A stretch of DNA of 64,000 bases from Gekko japonicus (lineage: Eukaryota): the NCBI RefSeq assembly GCF_001447785.1, contig NW_015163095.1:1290281-1354280 (forward strand). The letters run 5' to 3'. Shown piece after piece: positions 61,791-64,000 of this stretch. The notes under the pieces were generated by a model. That model ran no database searches and was not told the origin of the DNA. It saw only the letters and a list, made by a program, of their open reading frames with translations. Numbering within the stretch: position 1 is the first letter of the stretch; each line of letters begins with the position of its first letter. The translations under genes and the position numbers were made by a program.

Positions 61791-62324
61791 GACCTGCCAG
61801 CACCCTCCTCCAGGTAGGCCACTGCTCGCTAATCTCCCATGGGTGTGAAGCACAGAGACCACGTTGAAGATAAACAGGTTGCTTACCTGTAACTGGTGAT
61901 CTTCGAGTGGTCATCTGTGCATTCACACCACCCGCCCTCCTTCCCTGCTGCTGTCAGCTTCTACATTTTCAATAGGGGTTGATTTGCGTTGGTTTGAAGA
62001 AACTGGCGGGATGTCTGCGCCCTCCCCTCTGGGCATGCGCGGTGGGGTTCCTGCGCATGCCCGAGGTCTGGGCGCGAAAATCCATTAAAAGAGCTTGCTA
62101 CAATGCCTATCGATCCAGCGCGTGCGAACTAGATCCCATGGGTGTGAATGCACAGATGACCACTCGAAGATCACCAGTTACAGGTAAGCAACCTGTTTTT
62201 TTTGGTCTCTGACATTCCATCGTACATCATATCCACTATGGATTTTCATTTTCCGTGTCTGAATTCTAATACATTTGAAAATGACAGAATAGGTGAAAAG
62301 ATAGTGGGGTGTCTACAATGTAAG

Positions 62325-62732
62325 GAGATGTCTACTTAGCCTCAACCAGGGCGAGGGCTTTTCCAGCCTTTGCCCCAGCCTGGTGGAACATGCTCCCACC
62401 TGAGATCAGGGCCCTGCAGGAGGTACTACAGTTCCGCAGGGCCTGTAAAATGGAGCTGTTCTGCCAGGCCTTTGGTTGGGGCGGCAGACGTTCAACCATT
62501 CTGGCCTCCCCTGTCCATGGTCCCCCTCCCAGTGCCCTAACTGTTTTGGATATTATTTGGGCACTGGAGTTTCTTGGAGTACCTGCTATTCCATGAGGAA
62601 CAGGTTTTTGTTATTATCTGTTGCTGCTATTTATGGTTTTATTGTTTTTATTGTTTGATGGTTTTATGTTGTAAGCCACCCTGAGCCCACTTGTGCGGTA
62701 GGGCGGGGTATAAATTACAAATAATAATAATA
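62325..62732 (+). mobile_element. L2 LINE 3' end
   Basis: AGGGCTTTTCCAGCC..GCCCCAGCCTGGTGGAAC (WN.LPPEIR..FRRACKMELF), then GTAAGCCACCCTGAGCCC...GGGCGGGGTATAAAT and (AAT)n tail. Confidence 0.75.
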
Positions 62733-64000
62733 CAAAAGAAAAGAGAGAAGAACAGCCCTAGATGCTAAAAAGTATGAACATGAAAGTGGTGGAGCTCTTT
62801 ATTAATTCATTTATTTCATTTATAGCATACTTTTCTCCCCTTTTCCATTTTATCCTCGCAATAACCCCGTGAGGTAGATTAGGCTGAGTGGGTGTGAGTG
62901 GTCATAAGAATATGTAAATATGTGAATGATGATAAAACTGAGAAACTACTGAGGAAAATGGATTCATTATCCCCTTGAGAGAATGGAATTGAATAATGAG
63001 CCCATGGGAGCTGAGCTGAGTTTCTAGGTCATTGGTTGCCTACCCCTATACAAGAGCAGTAATGTGTCTACTAGACCACATGTACCTTTCAAGTGCCATT
63101 CATTAGGTTGTGTGCTGTTTCATTTATGCTGGCCTGATCCTGGAATAGCAGACAAATTGGCAGGTAGTTTGTGGTTAACAAGTACTGGGAAGTATAAAGA
63201 ATGAAAGTCCAGCCCCTGGTGTTCTAAGGAAAGCTAAATAACAATTCAGTTAAAGATATGCAGAAATGCCTGTAGTGATGAGACATTGAGAAGGGTATCA
63301 TTCAGACCCTGTTATATGCAACATTCTCTGTAAACTAAAGATTACCATGCATGCCTGCAAATACTAGATCATTCATATCCCAAGTTCTTCTCTGTGCCCA
63401 TCATCTAATTCTTCCTGCACTGGAAACGGATGTGATTCAGTTCTTTTGCTGATAATTATTAGTTGACTGGGCATGATCTTCCTCTGACAGATGTTTAAAC
63501 ACTCCATAATTGTTTAACTTAGGTTGCACGATTGAGTAATGCTGCCTCAGGTGAGACGTTTTGCTTTCCATATACATGCACACAAAAAGGATATTGTAGA
63601 AGATGCCATTCCAGAAGCTGCTGAAAAGCAGAATATTTCATCATAAGCAGAGAAGAAAGCTGAGCAGCTTACAGCAGAAGAAGACCCATCTCATCTAGAC
63701 ACTACTGGAAACCAGCATCGGCTGAAAGATTACTCCTAAAGCACAAAATGTTTATGGAATAGCTGCAGCACAATATTATGATTGTGTAAGTTCCATTAGA
63801 TATTTTATCTACAGTCACAGCTTTGTCCTTGGTCTGAGGCAGCAGAAAAATCCTTTGTAATCAGGTCATGCCGGTGTCACAAGGTAGGTGTTCTCCATAG
63901 AACTTATACTACTGCTATGCTTTGTGTCTGTGCTACCATGAAGCTTGCTTTCTATGCCAGTGCGCGCTCAGAATGTCCTATTTTCATCCTAGTAACATAC

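Larger units (their letters stand above)
55664..62198 (+). mobile_element. DIRS1-type tyrosine-recombinase retrotransposon, complete termini, coding-defective
   Basis: Left ITR ~55664-55835; right ITR ~62000-62198; ICR 61836-61929. Gag-like ORF with Cys/His finger CKGC..HTLCIFCLGESH..CCDC (~56064-58312). RT (FYSRYFTVPKRDGGVRPILDLR, YIDD) and RNase H (HINFLELLAI, TDNTTALAYVNKQGG, HIPGHMNVQADHLSR) at ~58320-59770. Methyltransferase-like domain (DVFAT..NKKCP) split by an L1. Tyrosine recombinase ~60950-61790. Confidence 0.95.

Noticed and set aside
1-64000. CRISPR arrays, rRNA/tRNA genes or prokaryotic operons
   Set aside because: None seen; the sequence is vertebrate exon-intron DNA and the tRNA-like boxes belong to SINE heads.

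Overview
Eukaryotic genomic DNA, inferred to be a squamate reptile (possibly a gecko) from its Sauria SINE, BovB, CR1, L2, Penelope and DIRS content. Four intron-containing genes were assembled exon by exon from splice sites and reading phase. PIF1 helicase (minus strand; 10 coding exons seen, 3' end runs off the left edge) is head-to-head with FAM183A/CFAP144 (plus, 137 aa). That gene is convergent with EBNA1BP2 (minus, 299 aa), which is head-to-head with CFAP57/WDR65 (plus, 22 coding exons, 1249 aa). Introns carry many mobile elements, several with readable target-site duplications (TSDs): a full-length BovB, a truncated L1, hAT and Harbinger-like MITEs, a Penelope element with hammerhead-like motifs, and Sauria SINEs. 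Just downstream of CFAP57 is a structurally complete but dead DIRS1 tyrosine-recombinase retrotransposon with both inverted terminal repeats (ITRs), an internal complementary region (ICR) and a nested L1. The best leads are: a ~400-bp promoter joining a cell-cycle module (CHR + paired CCAAT) for PIF1 to an RFX X-box for a cilia gene; an in-frame Arg/Ser-rich 55-aa N-terminal extension of PIF1; a stop-free in-frame GC-AG intron in CFAP57; a 190-bp foldback in a PIF1 intron; and a nested-TE stack carrying an X-box into CFAP57. No wholly new gene system was found. Gene and TE names come from motif recognition, not database searches.
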